Below are positions 31,987-32,000 of a stretch of DNA of 32,000 bases, in pieces. The stretch spans positions 1,980,001-2,012,000 of the forward strand of contig NZ_CP042911.1 of the NCBI RefSeq assembly GCF_008065095.1, given 5' to 3'. Position numbers and translations under genes: made by a program. The stretch's first letter is position 1, and every line of letters begins with the position of its first letter. This stretch comes from Gemmata obscuriglobus (GTDB lineage Bacteria > Planctomycetota > Planctomycetia > Gemmatales > Gemmataceae). Under the pieces are notes generated by a model, which searched no databases, had not been told where the DNA came from, and saw nothing but the letters and a program-made list of their open reading frames with translations.

Positions 31987-32000
31987 TAACGTGTTCTCCT

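Noticed and set aside
1-32000. Scan for CRISPR arrays, rRNA, tRNA and larger tandem repeats
   Set aside because: I found no regularly spaced direct repeats, no rRNA-like conserved blocks and no cloverleaf candidates by eye. This is not a rigorous search, so tRNAscan, Infernal and a CRISPR finder should confirm it.

Overview
This is a high-GC bacterial chromosomal window. Its gene content points to Planctomycetota, probably Gemmataceae-like, but that placement is inference from protein families only. I support 29 intact protein-coding genes, three transposase pseudogenes or remnants in a nested IS cluster, and several long hairpins. I recognised no rRNA, tRNA or CRISPR array.

Gene layout:
- 36-8007 (minus strand): eight co-oriented genes. 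In transcription order these are a Cys-rich secreted protein, a DUF1559 pseudopilin-like protein, a BNR/Asp-box propeller, a cytochrome c-thioredoxin fusion, a Ser/Thr kinase, an ECF sigma factor, a zf-HC2 anti-sigma factor and a coupled secreted protein.
- 8394-10773 (plus strand): a tightly coupled three-gene operon ending in a second DUF1559 gene.
- 10940-23181: mixed genes, namely a SAM methyltransferase, a DUF4185-like protein, DJ-1/PfpI, a low-GC third DUF1559 gene, TPR-GT41, an isolated rpsR, an XRE regulator with a lysine-rich tail, a deoxyhypusine-synthase-like protein and a patatin-like phospholipase.
- 23263-26142: IS cluster. An ISKra4-family element with 22-bp TIRs and a 9-bp TSD is inserted into the end of an ISAs1-family element.
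- 26339-31986: a HEAT-repeat protein, a histidine kinase with a REC-XRE response regulator, a lipoprotein-DUF1559 fusion and a SelW-like gene.

Most notable observations:
- A SelW/Rdx-family selenoprotein gene with an in-frame UGA (31747-31986) is missing from the ORF track.
- Two very long perfect palindromes, with 36-bp and 45-bp stems, sit just downstream of stop codons. They share sequence motifs with a degenerate third copy.
- All four transposase frameshifts have the same polarity (an apparent single-base deletion) and lie at or next to short G/C runs. They could be true decay or residual assembly error.
- The Cys-rich/DUF1559/BNR/cytochrome c-thioredoxin gene string has no obvious described function.

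All family assignments come from motif recognition by eye. No database search was run.
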